The notes under the pieces are model-generated. The model worked only from the letters and a program-made list of their open reading frames with translations, made no database searches and was not told the origin of the DNA. A stretch of DNA of 64,000 bases from Tubulanus polymorphus (taxonomy: Eukaryota > Animalia > Nemertea), in the NCBI RefSeq assembly GCF_964204645.1, contig NC_134029.1:9140850-9204849 (forward strand). Direction: 5' to 3'. Shown piece after piece: positions 33,602 through 48,600 of the stretch. Numbering within the stretch: position 1 is the first letter of the stretch; each line of letters begins with the position of its first letter. Made by a program: the position numbers and the translations under genes.

Positions 33602-36600
33602 TTAAATATCAGCACCTGCGTTGTCATAGATTTCGGTGAATTCCGGTAATGCAAACTCTTCCCGCCCGCCAGCAGACGGGGTCGCTTGTGAAATCCTTCT
33701 CGTCGACGGGGCGACGCTGATCATATCCGGTTCAATGCGTCGTCTGTGTTGCGTGTTGCTGCACAATATTACTAACAACAGTATGAAACAGCCCAGCGAT
33801 AACAATATCGCCCAAACGATCAAAGCTATGAACATATTTCTGTTGATAAACGTTGATTTATAATCAGATTGCGCCCCTAAAAGAAAACGATATATTCACT
33901 TACTCATCTGAAATCTATCGATAAACATTCGTTACTAAACCCAAGACTAACAACGATTAGTCTCGAAAACTAATCCAAAACCCCTTAGAGCGAAATGAAA
34001 TTGATAAGAAATTTCACAACGAAAGAAATCGGTCGCACGAGAATCGTTGTACAGGGACAACAGGATAAGAGACAATTTTGAGCCTGAGCTTTTTATCTTA
34101 CTCTTTCACGTGTCCAGATTATGGCGCGCCAAAGCGTCACAAATCCGAGATGTTATAAATTCATTTTCTGTTCAAGACGCCTTTCCGTTCTAGCATACCA
34201 TATGTAGATTAACTTACCTGTTGATGGTTTATTATTTTCGTCCTCGGATGGCGCGTAGCACGTCGACGTGCCTTCAAAATTCATACAAATCTCTGATGCT
34301 TTGCAACGACTTGGGGACTCGCATTCATCTATGTCTAAAAGAAAATAACGAAATCGCAATTTCATGAGTATTTACATTACTTACTAATATGTAGTATCTA
34401 TATAGTAAAACAAAAAGGAATAAGCCATTATTTGCATGTAAAAGCTTAGGGCAGGCATTTTGATTTTCATATTCTATTTCAGAGTGTTAAGCATTTCATT
34501 TCAAATGATTACCGGTGCATGTTTTATTGTTGTCGGATAACGTGAATCCCTTGCCACAACTGCATATCGGTCTACCTTCCGAGTGACCACACGTTCTCGT
34601 GCAACCGCCATTATACATGTTGCATTCGTTTACATCTACAAATGCACGTAAATGCAAAAATATACATTTCAAGTTCTGTTGCAGACTTCCCCGCAACCCC
34701 TTGCCGAGGAGAAAGCTTAATTGGCATTTACCTAAACAGGTTTTTCCGTCCTCTTGTAGTTTGTATCCGGGATTGCATTTACATTGAAACCAAGGAAACT
34801 GATCTATGCATAGATGGTCGCATCCTCCATTGTTGTTACCACATTTTGTCACTGAAAAATTTGAGAATTCGATCAGTGTATGTAAATCATGATTATTAAC
34901 TCAATCAAGTAATCTCGATATGATAAGTGCATCGAACAAACTGTTGTAATTTATCAAATAAACTAGAAATAAAAATAGATAAATGAATAAATATATAAAA
35001 CCTCTATACCTTTGAAAGCTCCAGGCGGCCCTTGTTGGCCAAACGGACCCGTAGCACCAGTAAATCCATCGTCACCTGGGGGCCCTTTGTCTCCACGTTT
35101 GCCTTGTGTACCGCGATTTCCCGTAACGCCTGCAAGACAATGATTGAATTATAGTTCATCGAAATGTTAGTGCAAAAACGTAACTAATCGGATTAAAAGT
35201 AAACCAGTTGGATAAACTAGGGAGTTTGTCGTACTTCCCTAAATACCACCAACTCTTATCTAAGCATGAGCTAGGAAATATAATTTTACCTTTTATTCCA
35301 GTAATACCCATTGGTCCAGCGTTTCCCGGTGGTCCGGGAATACCCCTCGAACCTGTGACTCCCTTTTTACCAACAGGTCCTTGGTTGCCTTGTTGGCCAT
35401 CTATACCCGGAGGTCCGATTGCACCCTGATCTCCGGTCTGTCCCTTCGGCCCTTTTATTCCTGCATCTCCTTGTTCACCTTTAACGCCAGAAGCACCCTA
35501 ATATATACAGGAAAAACAAATGACAATCAGTAAATGACGCATTGGCAATTGCACTGTCAGTAATCGAAATAAATGCTGAAGTTTCTGTCTGGATTACCTG
35601 TGCCCCCGTAGATCCACCGGGACCGTCCGGGCCAATACCTCCTTGTACACCGGAAGCTCCGGGCAATCCTTGGGCACCCGCATCTCCAGTTGCACCGGTT
35701 GCTCCGGGGCCACCAATAGGAGGCAGTACGTATTCAGAACCTAATGTACAAATCATATGATAATCAAAACCAAATTTTTTCACATTTCCCATCAATCTTT
35801 TTTTCTAGTATTTTTTTTTACTTTTTATTTGTATTCCCAATTTAACCAAAATATATTTCTCGCAGTCCACTTTCCTTTTTCTCGCATAGTTCAACTCCTT
35901 AATCGATTTTATTTCGTCATAAATTTAGTGTATGTTAAATCATCTTCCGTCCTGACTTTTTTTGTAAAACGTGAATGAAATCCGAAGAATGAAATCCGTT
36001 GAGTTCAAACTCACTTATATCGGCGTTTATCGGGTACAGTTTTGTGTAGGAGATGCCGGTCTCTTGTAAAACTTGACCTTCAGTGGGTACCTCTTCGTTT
36101 TTCAGATTACGTATCTCGATGACGTCCGAATTGGGCGGCGGGGGAATATTCAAATACTTGAAAGTAATGGGGTTGTCACCGATGGTTGTAAATCCAATAT
36201 AATCGCCAGTTTTCACAGTTATTTTGTTCGGCGGATAAACCTGAAAAACATGACCAGTATTCTACTAACTCACAAAAAAATAATGCATACTCACGACTGA
36301 TAATTATTCTGTGATACAATCAAGGTTGTAAACAGTATGTCACAAATGCAATTTCAAGCTCAATGTGATCTTCATCATGCATTCTACACGCTGTTTTGAA
36401 ATTAGAGATCCTTGCATAATTTACGACTGATCTCTCAAATATTTTGTAAATTTGCTGATGATTTCTCTGGGCAAGTGAAATTTTCAACGAATTCGACTTA
36501 TCTATCGCTGGGTAAATACCTATCAAAAACTGTTCACTTTTTTGCTACAGCAACATTTTCACGGGGTTAGTACATATCTTTTTATGTACTACGCTTGTTA

Positions 36601-39600
36601 GAAAACGTTTCGTACCCTGTATTCACGCGGCCCCGAGGGTGCAGAAAACGGCACTTCGCCGACCAGAGCGAAGTATTCGCCTTGTCCAACATTCACCGGG
36701 CGCCAGATTTGCAGATTTACCGACTCATTATTGGCTAGGTAAGCGTTGAATCTCTGTACGAATCCGTCGTTCGGTATCGGTTTTCCGCGTACAATGTAAG
36801 ACTGAATGATGCTTGGAGCTTCATTCGTTAACCTCGAGGATGTGTCCGGGTTTCCAACTCGCACGGTCGATAAAGTGGGTCGTTTCAAATATCGTGAACC
36901 TGAAAATACACGTATTTGAAATCGATGTGAAATGATATTTTTTACGATAAAAAATACCATATACGGCACAAGGAAAAAGCGTCACCCTCTCAACGCACCT
37001 ATTTCAACATTGGCTTGGAAGTCGGCATCCTTCACTAGTTTTCCAGTAGGAAAGACAGAGCCCCCGACTACCGGGTCGGCGCCGATCACGTCGACAGTCG
37101 TAATCTGAGAAACCGTTTGAAGCTTCGCAAAAATCGGGTTCCTGTCCGTTATCATGAATCCAAATTTGTCACCTTTCTTAACGGCTATTGCGGCACCTTC
37201 CGCTGGATATACCTTTTACGGAAAAGAAATAATCAATGAAAGTACCATTTACAGTAATTAAGTCATATACATTACCAGCGAGTCTCACATTCTTAGATTT
37301 CTAATTTACGCCAGTCAAAATACCGTTTATAAACAGTCTGCAAGTGAGGGACCAAACGTAGTTGGAAAAGCCCCTTACTTTGCAAAATCAGGCCACAAAG
37401 TCAATTGATACAATTTCAGGCCCGTACCCCTAAAATTTTCAAAGTGCCTGCCAAAACTGCAGTGTCAAAACATTTTGGTCAAGATTTTTCGAAATTTGGA
37501 TACAATTTCCATGTTTTTTTTTATTGAAAAGTAATCCATTCCCAGATGATCTATTCACGTACCGGAACACTTCATATCTTAAGATCTGTCCTTTTTCACG
37601 GCGAGAAGTTATGAGGTATATTGTTAATCTGAACCAAAAGCGACTGTACGACAACTGTGATTCACGCGGTATCACGAAACGTCTTGGATAGTTTCTTGCG
37701 ATGAAAAAGATACCAAAAGTTGGATGGAACTTTTCAAGATCATCATGTCACGACTTACCGTATATGAATCGGGCGGTTGTTCTCTGGAATTAGGCGTAAA
37801 TGGCTGCTCTGCGACTAGCTTATATTGATTTGGGTTCGTCGATTCCAGCCGATAAATTTGGAATTTCACAGTCTCGTTCAGATTCATGAAGCAGTTGAAT
37901 CGATACACGTAACCGTCGGGAAGGTCCGAGTCCTCGTATATGTATATCCGTTTGCCAGGTGCCGCAGTTTCGTAACCGCCGCTGCTGACTGGTCCGCTGG
38001 TATGGCCGTGCGTGGAAACTTTCAAAGAAAAATACAGTGAATATGAGAAAATGAAACCAATGAACTCAAACATACGAATAGAAAACAGCGCCGAAACTCG
38101 GGAGTGACATTAGACGCACTGCAATGAAAGTCATAGAATGAAAAATCAGCAAGATATCTTCAGATTTTAAATCTCATTTCAAAGAAGGCGTTCGAGCGCA
38201 AAATTCCTTTGGAATTAGAATATTTTGGGAAATTGTCTTTAAGAATTACGAATGTCAAGCCCCAAATTTTTTTCAAAGACAAAACTTGACGACGGTTATA
38301 ATATTACATCGCTCTCACGTCTCATTGTTGCAATTTTGAGAAATGAAGTCTGAGTTTCGGTAGTTTGAATCCAAGGACCGTCGAAAAATGATAAAACACG
38401 CATCACAAATAGTTTTTTAGAAAAGGGAAAAATGACCCAACACAAAAGTACCCGAATAAAAATGGTGGCTAGCAATCAAAATATTGCAGTCTAAGTTTTA
38501 CATACAGCCAATTATTCGACTCCATTCGAATCGTAAAAAGTAAAATCTTTTCCAGAGCCGTCGGAAAGAATTTTTCAGTGGCGAGGCTTATTTCTGAAGG
38601 GGGTCTGGGGGCCCTCCGCTAGAAAAATTTTGAAAATTCAATCGCCGGAGATGCGTTTTGGGGCCATTTCACGGTCTCATTCACAGAAGCATGAGAAGCC
38701 GTGAGCCAACCACCTAGTACAGAGAACGACGAGCTGCTACGCGGTACAGCGTGCTTTGAAAAATATTTTGTTAAGCAAAAAGTGGGGCGGCTTTGTCCGT
38801 CACTGTTTCCTGTTTTCAGAATGATAGTTCGATTGAGTTCATTTTTGTTCAGAACTGAGATGACGATATACTTCCCACATTATCACGTCAATATTCGATG
38901 AAGATATAGCATTTTTGGCCCATACCAGAAAATGTGTAACTTACTTGTTGTATTTGGTTCGGTTAAAGGCACATCCGCTGAAAATATCGAGAGCTCGTGA
39001 AAATATGTACGATGAATAAGCTGATACAAAATAAATACATTGTAGCAATAAATAAAATATAATTCGAATGCAAAAAGATGAGATGATTCGAAGGCAATAA
39101 TTCCTTCACTAATACGTACAGATATCGACTCGAACTGCGAAACGGTAACCATCCAGCCTATTGACCACTTCTACACTACTTCCGAGTTGAGGTCCGCCGG
39201 TCTTGGTATCTAACGTTTTCATTTTGCTTCCGCTATCGCTATCGTAACCGGGAACGTACACGACAGGATTTGAAGCAGTTCCTGACGAGAAAGCCAGCTT
39301 ATCCCCGGCTTTGATAGGAAAATTTAGAGTCGTGCCAGCTTTTACGTACGTATCGATGCTTCGCCTTTGTCTCCTTGGCTTGATACCGTATTTTGAATCG
39401 CCATATACCTATAGTTTTAAGATTCAAGCAACTGCCTTATTCTTTTTTAAATTCCGACTCAAAAACAATCCCTGACGGCCAAATATGTTCGCAACACAAA
39501 TAATTTAAGACTTAAAGGACGTTAGGACCAATTATGGGCTTTTGCCTGGTCTCATTTTGAAGCTTTCAATTATAAAGGTACCCATGGAAACCTAATATCT

Positions 39601-42600
39601 AAATTAATCAACTCATCTATGAACGATGGCATTTACTGATCAAGGAAGATACGTTTCGACTCCGTGTTACGCATATACGACAAACTGAATTACTACTGGT
39701 CAAGCGGAATAGTTCTATGGGTCTACTGGTGAGCGCGCTTACTTTCAACGTACTAGACCAGGGTTCGCTAGATTTGATCAGATGCAGTTCAAAGAAAGTG
39801 ATTAAGAACAATAATTTGTGGCAACTGTTTTGCGCTAATTTGAACCGTGATATTTATCCTAATTTTGACTTAAACTAATTATGCAGTTAATATTTACCAC
39901 GAAAGTGCCAGGAAACGGTGCTCTAAAGGGCTGGTCGAAGATCAACTCGTATTTGTTTTTATCGACGAGGTCAGGGCGATAGATCTGCAGACGTACTTCG
40001 TCTGATGTTTTCACCGTTGTTGTAAATCTATACAGGTACCCGGCCGGTAGATCAATGGAATCAAAGATATCCACGAAGAATCCAGTTTCTCCCTGTTTGG
40101 CCGCGGGGTCGTTCAGCGATATCGATGGATTTCCGGCCGAAGAAACTGCAAAAAGGAATTGATATCGAATATGTTAATTTTCAATATTCTCAGGGGGATA
40201 CGACGGGCCGTATACGGGTTATTGGTGGCTGATTCGGGCTATATCGAAAGAAATTCGTACCGTATAAGTTATACATTCTAGATGTAAAAATATTCACCTA
40301 GTGAGAAAGACAGAATCAAGAAATCGGCTACCATCCTCTTAATTTAAACGAATGTGTACTTACCTAAAACCGTTCCTTCAACAACGGGAACTTCCGGTAG
40401 AGTAACATTTGATCCACCAGGTGCTGAAGTAAATCATAGAAAAATTCCTATGCAGATTAAGACACCGAAAATACCTCGATGATATACTGTATGGGTGATT
40501 TTTCAAGGTTCCTTCTGCATTAACTGCCGAAATTCCATCATTGCTGTCATTTTTAAAGTAATAGAAGACGATAGTTACCTGCGACTAATATGGACGAAAG
40601 AGTGACCAATAACGAATATTTGAATGCGTTATTTTTCTCCTTGAATTTCATTTCAGTTTGTCCGATAGAAGTTCTGTCAGTAGGATTCGCGAATGTGAAA
40701 GTTAAAACCGGTGAGGTCTCCTGCCCAGGAAGCCCGTAGCTGGCTATGGGACTCTGCGTTCCGAGACTGGTAAAGCCAAGCATATCTCCATTTTCAACTG
40801 GCATTACTTTGTCGGCGTAAACCTACCGAAAAAATTAATATTTTTCAAATTTAATCGGAAACCTAAAAAATGATGGTGTATTTCGCATTTATCTTTCATA
40901 TAATCGCTTTATTATTTCATTCTTATCTTTAAAAACTTACGGTAACGACGCCTGTAATTTGTGGTGTATACGTCATCTCATTAAGAAGTGTCAAGTTTGT
41001 GCCGTTCGGGCGCCATATCTGAAATGCTACCGGCACACCTTTCGTGACGTAGGCATTGAAAGCGAGTAGATACCCGCCTGTCAGGTTCGAATTCTTCAGT
41101 ACGACCGTCTTATAGCCATCTCCGAACACTCCCTGCAATAGCTGATTTCCGCCTCCCGAAACTAAAGAGACGTTTGAGATACATTCGATTAACATTTCCA
41201 ATGTGAAGCCTAGTCAGTCTCAGCGCATCTTACAATTCTGAGTCTAATAAAATCGGAAAGGAAATAAAAACTCCGGATGCGATAGTTACCTGTTGTGAAT
41301 ATCGGCGACATTGTAATCGAAAGGGAATATTTGAATGCATTGTTTTTTTCCTTGAATTTCATTCCAGTTTGTCCGACAGCAATTCTGTCAGTTGCATTCG
41401 TGAATGCGAAAGTTAAGACCGGCGAGGTCTCCTGTCCAGGTAGCCCGTAGCCGGCTATGGGACTCTGCGTTCCGAGACTTGTGAAACCAAGCATATCTCC
41501 ACTTTCAACTGGCATTTCTTTGTCGGTGTAAACCTACAGAAAAAAATCAAATACTTATTAGATTCAATCGGGAACCTAAAAAGTGATTGCATATTTCGCA
41601 TCTAAGTTGTTCGCGTCATTTCTATCTTTCAGAACTTACATTAACAACGCCTGTAATTTGTGGTGTATACAACATCTCATTAACAAGTGTAAAGTTTGTG
41701 CCGTTCGGGCGCCATATCTGAAAAGCTACCGGCACACCTTTCATGACGTAGGCATTGAAAGCGAGTAAATACCCGCCGGTCAGGTTCGAATTCTTCAGTA
41801 TGACCGTCGTATAACCGTCTCCGAACACTCCCTGCAATAGTTGATTTCCAGTGGCCGACGCTAACGGAATGTTTGAAAAAAATGATTAAAATCTTTCGCA
41901 CCAAGCGTATAATCAGTTTCTGCACTACATACAATATTAACTTCAATAGAATGATAGAAGATCCCACACAAACTCGCGATACGATAATTACCTGATGTGA
42001 ATATCGGTGACTGTGTAATCGAAAGGGAATATTTGAACGCGTTGTTTTTCTCCTTGAATCTCAATTCGGTTTGTCCAACAACAGTTCTGTCAGCAGGATT
42101 CGGGAATGTGAAAGTTAAGACTGGTGAGGTCTCCTGTCCAGGAAGGCCGTAGCTGGCTATGGGACTCTGCGTTCCGAGACTGGTAAAACCAAGCATGTCT
42201 CCACTTTCAACTGGCATTTCTTTGTCGGCGTAAACCTACATAAAAGAATCAAATACGGTACTTATTCCATCGGAAACCTAAAACGTGATGGCGTATTCGC
42301 ATCTAGTTGTTCGTTTCATTTGTGTTTCACAACTTACGGTAACGACGCCTGTAATTTGTGGTTTATACGTCATCTCATTAACGAGTGTGAAGTGTGTACC
42401 GTTCGGGCGCCATATCTGAAACGCTACCGGCACACCTTTCGTGACGTAGGCGTTGAAAGCGAGTAAATATCCGCCGGTCAGGTTCGAATTCTTCAGTATG
42501 ACCGTCTTATAACCGTCTTCGAAAACCTCCTGAGATAGTGGATTTCCATTGGCTGACACTAATGGAAAATTTGGAAATAAAATTTTTGTTAAAAATTCAT

Positions 42601-45600
42601 CACGCGAAGACCTTTGTCACTTTTAACAAAATAATAAATTTACCTTCTATGAACATTGAAGACATTGTAGCCGAAAGAGAATATTTGAATGCGTTGTTTT
42701 TCCCTTTCAATCTCAATTCAGTTTGTCCGACAGCAGTTCGGTCGGTCGTATTTGTGAATGCAAAGGTTAAAACCGGTGAGGTTTCCTGTCCAGGGAGTCC
42801 ATAGCTGGCTATGGTACTCTGCGTTCCGAGACTTGTGAAACCAAGCATATCTCCACTTTCAACTGGCATTTCTTTGTCGGCGTAAGCCTTTAAGAAAGTG
42901 AAATGGAAGGCGTATTTGATTCCATCAGGAAGTTACATTATCCTGAGCCAGGTTTCACAAACACTTCGTCGGTTTAATTTCTTCATTAGTTCAGTGTACA
43001 TGTGTATGCTGCTTAAGTCGACTAAAAATGTTATTCCCTTTTGTGAAACCCGACATACGGCTTTGAATTTCATTGTATAGTTTTAAATGCAAAAAGTGAT
43101 GACGTCATTTCTTTTCATAAGTTGATGGTTTAAAACTTACGGTAACGACACCTGTGATTTGTGGTGTATACGTCATCTCATCAACAAGTGCAAAGTTTGT
43201 GCCGTTCGGGCGCCATATCTGAAACGCTACCGGCACACCTTTCGTGACGTAGGCATTGAAAGCGAGTAAATATCCGCCGGTCAGGTTCGAATTCTTCAGT
43301 ACGACTGTCTTGTAGCCGTCGCCGAAAATGCCCATCAATAGGTGATTTCCGTTGGCCGACACTAAGAAAATGTTTGGAAAAAATATGTAAAAATTCTATA
43401 GTCTGTTTCATTGCTTTACACAATTTTGAGTCTCGTGTAATAACAAATAATCGTCTATCGCTAGAAATATCGATTGAGCTCTTGGAAGTTTTCTGATAAA
43501 TTGTACCTTCATGTCCGAACATTATGCGGCATTCAATTATGTAACGTGATTACTTACTACTGGCTACTGTCTACGAATTACTTTATAAGTTCTGTTCGTT
43601 TATTTTCAAATCGATTCGAAATTTGTGAACGACAAGACCAGGTTACAGAAACATTCGTACTATACTTACATATAGGTGCAGGCTGTGTTGGTACCGGGGA
43701 TGTAGCTGTTACCGGAGCTGTCTGTGTTGAACTCGCTGAAGTCAGAAAAATATTATATTCATCAATTCATTCATTCGTTAATTCATTGATTAAATATTTC
43801 ATTCATTCATTCATTTGATTTGATAAATGTTATTGTTTTAAACCGGGTTCAGGGAACACATTTTTGTTGATTCCAAACATTTGCCGTCTCAAACACAGAC
43901 CACTTACCTTTAGTAGTGATGGGAGAAGAAATCGGCGTTGTTACAATATTGGTTGTCGTGGCTACAAGATGTATTACGAATGAATAGAATGAGCTATCAT
44001 AAACTAATGTACATTGTATCATAACGTGGAGAGAATAACCTCACAAATCTTTTTCCATAATTATACAGATGATTGTTATATGTTATGGACTCTGTGTTTT
44101 AAAATGAATGTATTTCTTTCGCTTGGCATAATTCAACATGAATAAACGATTAATACTCACGGCAAGGTGGATCTTTGTAATCTGGGCCTGCAAAGTAGAT
44201 AGTGATAGTAGCGTATCAGGTAGTGATAATGGTAGTAATGATGTAAGTTCTGATGATCATGGTAATAAAAGATAAAAGAAGTGATGCGGCAGATGGTAAC
44301 AGTTGTGGTTGGGGTAGAATGGGGCGATGGCAGTGGCAATGAAGGTAGTACGAGTGGTAGTGCTATCACAAAAATTAGAATGAACCGGAACCGAAATTTC
44401 CAATTATGTACTTCGATTTACACAGAACACGCTGTAAACTCAACCGTCGATATCACCAAAGCACTTCGACTTTCGATTTCAAAATCAACCCCCACTTTTA
44501 CCTCCCGACAGGTGTGCACGTGGGTTTCTTACTGACACCAAATCAAACGAAATCTACCAACTGAATAAATAAAAGGGTCAATCCCTATCATTGATAAGAT
44601 TTAAAAAGATTGAATGGTAGAAGCACCGTGGTTATAGTGACTACAGGAATTGGTAGGGCAGAGGTAGGGGATTAGGTTATGGGTAAGCGGATTGGAACAA
44701 TATAGACGAGTAAATACACTGTGTGATCGTGATAATGTGAGTGGCCAACGGGATTCATGGCGAGCCTTTCAGCTTTTCAATTCACATGGATAGACACTTA
44801 CACAATTCAGGATGCGGTGCAATGTCTACGGACAGAGACAACTTATAGGTCAGGGCACTGGTCGAGATGCTAACGATCTCGTTCAATTTTGCCATGTCCT
44901 CAGCTTTATCAAATTGACGGAACACTGTCGTTTGCGGTTCGATTCGAATTGCGTATGATCCATTTCCGAGACTGGAGCCACCCAAGTGTTCACCACCTTC
45001 TAGTTTGATAGGATTTGACCAATCCATTTTGATCTATAACAGGAATTCAAACAGAGAGGGCTCGTTTAGATTCAAATACATGGTGGAAAACGGTTATCTG
45101 TAAAAAGGCGACACCTACAGTATGCTCCCCAGGAGTTTCAAACTGAAACGGTACATCAGCTATAAGTTTGTAGCTATATTGCGTCTTAGTTGGTCTGTAG
45201 ATCTGGGCTTTGGCTGCGTAGTTGGTCTTAGAGTACACATTCATCCGACAGACGTAACCAGCCGGTAGAGATTCGCTTATTATTACCATTGAAAAATACC
45301 CTGCCGTCACCGTATCACCTGACTGGACGACGGGATTACCAAATGTTTGAACTAGAAATGATGAATGGTAATATATAAATCGACAAAATTAATGGAAATA
45401 ATTCTCGCATATGTAACGGTGACTTGAATCAAACACGTGTCAGAAAATATATCATAGAATCTAAGATTGTATTCCCCTCAGACCGATGACTGTAAATATC
45501 ATTTCACCATTAACACTTGGTCATCAGTTTCTTGGGATAAACATTTTATTATATCAACTCTGTTTTCATTAATTTATCAGGTCTACATTGTTCGTTACAT

Positions 45601-48600
45601 TCTCCTTAGATTGCTTATCTTATCCATTTCCTTTCACTTGAACTATTGCAGACATGCGCAAAAATATGGTGGCTGATAAGGGCCATAGCGTAAAATTCCT
45701 GGTATGTAAATGAGGGCGCCAGAACGCAAAAAACGAAAAAAAAACGTCCAATTTTCTCTGAAAATTCGTTTTGGCGCCAAAACAAAGAATATTTAGTTTT
45801 GGCGGGAACTTTCATTTTGGCACCCCCGCAAAAACAACGAAAAACGTCGAAATTTCTCTAAAAATCAGTTTTGGCGCACCAAAACAAAGAAAATTACGAA
45901 CTTTCATTTTGGCGCCCCCGCCAAAACGAACTTTCAACCACGTAAAATAATTCTATATATGCAAATTACACACAGGATCAACGCACCAAATTGAAAAATA
46001 ATTTTATGGGGTTGGATGCTTGTTTTGGCGGGGGCGCCAAAACGGAAATAACCGCGCCAATACGAAATATTTTTGTTTTGGCGCGCCAAAACGAACTTTC
46101 AGTGAAAATTTGACGTTTTTTTTTTTCGTTTTGGCGTTCTGGCGTTCTGGCGCCCTCATTTACATACCATTTTTTACGCTATGGCCCTTATCAGCCACCA
46201 TACAAAAAGGATGGCATGGATTGAATTGCTGAGAGATTATGTGAACAAATGTTAAAAAGGACGGAAAGAAAAGAACAAATTTTTAGGGGAAAAAACAGTC
46301 CATTCTAGATCATGCATAATGAATGAATTTTGGATTTAAAACGATGATTGTTACTCATTTTTTTACCTTTGCCATTGGATGGAATCGGGTCGGTTGACAC
46401 GGGACAGAAACCGGGGACTATCGGCCTTGTGACGCGAGGAGGCTGAGTGGTCGATGATGCTGGACTACTAACGACCGCGGGTGTAATAGTGGATGTAATG
46501 GCAGGCGAAGTTCGTACCGGTGTTGTCGGAGGTTGTGTGGTTGGTGGTTGTGTCGGTCCTTAAAAAGGAACATGATCAAGACGGTCGAATAAATCAATTG
46601 TGTAAAAGATATGAGAAATAGACTTCATTTGTGCAGCGTGTTTTACCCGGGGTTGTGGTGCAGACCGGAGCGGTTGGCACGACAAAGTTGGAACCTGAAA
46701 TGATAAGTCAACAACTACTGAGTTTCGTATTTTGGTAAAAGGAATGATAACCAGAGGCTTTTGCCATCATTTTTTTAAGTGGCGATCTTTCATCATATAG
46801 ATTGTAGAGGCTATCTGACTACTAGCATTGCGTGATACAAGCTACAAAATGCAGTGAAGTTGGCATTTTACTATGATTTCTTACTGAGAGTTACTTGCAC
46901 GTGGCAGCCAATATGCGGCGCTGTGTCGTCACACGAATAACCTCTATATACATGTAGTGTTCAAATTGAAAATTAAAACTTACAAACGGTCGGATGAGAA
47001 GCTACCTCAGCCTTTATCATATATTTATAGATAAGTGCACTCGTGGAAATTGTATAGATTTCCCCGACTTGAGGAAATCGAGATGGTTTATTCGTTTGTT
47101 GACGAGTATATGTGCTGTATTGTCCTGATGCATCGGGCTGCCAAGCGATACTTGTTATGCCGTCTTTATTATAGAATCCAATCTTGTCACCGTCTGCGAT
47201 TTCTATTGGGTTGTTATTCCAATCAACATCTACCTAATAAGGAACGTATCTTATCCGACAAAGATGTTACAAAATAAAACGCAATCTACCAAGATCGAGG
47301 ATGACCTAAAGATTCGGATCTATCCTGATTGCGATACTTACGGTATATGGTCCGGCAGACTTGGCTGTGAAATCTATATTACCGACGAGAAGCCATGGCA
47401 AATTCTCCGAGTCCTGATTTGGAGGAGCTCGCCATATTTGCAAAGATACTGCGCCTGGTTTCGAGATCCATATCTTAAAGTTGCAGAGCCATCCCTTGCT
47501 CAGGTTTATAGTATACAATATAGTGAAAATGTAGCCGTCTGTTGCGCCAATTCCTTCAACGATGTCGGCTCCATACGATGTGACTGAAAACAATATTTCA
47601 ATGAAAGTAAACCTTCGGCAGAAGAGTTGAGGTACCCGGTAGATGAATAACCATAAAAGCATTCAACTGCGTAAATAGGTTTGTTTATAACGAACGTTTT
47701 CAGGAACCTTCCCCTCGTTAGGTACATAGTCGTACCTGATGTAACTGTACTTGTACCTAATGAGGGGAAGTGTTCCCGAAACATTCGTTATAGATAAAAT
47801 TTTGAAAATGAGATCTTATTGTGTTTACGCTTATATGGTTATTCAAATAGTTCAATCAGTCCAGCTAGACTATGCCCACTGGAAAAGAGTCTGAAATGCT
47901 CAACAATCTGACACTTTCAAAATTCCATACCACGTGAACATATACCGAAACCTTAAAACTCACTGAAATCATAGAATGTCATGAGCTATAACTTTGCAAT
48001 TGAATTGGGTACAAAATATCCATAGATCCCAATATAGATGGAAATACGACGTAATTCCACCATCCAACGCCCCCTGGTGAATGTATGCAGAAACAAGGGA
48101 CCTCGAAAATCAGCACAATCATATAAAGCATCATATCTACAATTATGCTAGCGATTGTGATTACAAAATATGTATAGGGGCCAATATAAATTGAAAGATT
48201 TAATACTTTTCTATATTCAACTCCCCCTGGTGGTGAGAACGATACTCTGGGTGACCAGTATTCCATGTGAGGAGATGTGTCCTGTGACAGATATCAAGAC
48301 TATAAGTTAAAACATAATGATATATTTTCCTCAAAAACCATTCTCCAGATATGAGCGATAACTGATGGAACTAAGATGGCTGCTGGTTGCATCAAAATCG
48401 ACTAATCGACTAAACCCGTCTGATATGTAAAACTCTAATTTCAATGTAACATGATAAACCATGTAGAAGCTAGAGGCCTAAGAATTCAGACCTAAAATCA
48501 CCTTTTTGAACAAAAACGACACAATACAGCCATCTTGTTTCTCGATCGACCCAATTTTTCCTGTGATACTAAGCCCTAGGGATACATATTCGCATGCAAA

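Noticed and set aside
35208-35760. Plus-strand Pro/Gly-rich ORFs (also 59780-60297)
   Set aside because: Antisense shadows of the minus-strand collagen exons; splice sites and signal peptides support only the minus strand.
44190-44370. His/Tyr/Thr-rich ORF 44157..44369
   Set aside because: Low-complexity trinucleotide-like intron sequence; only the last 27 nt (44187-44161) form a supported microexon.
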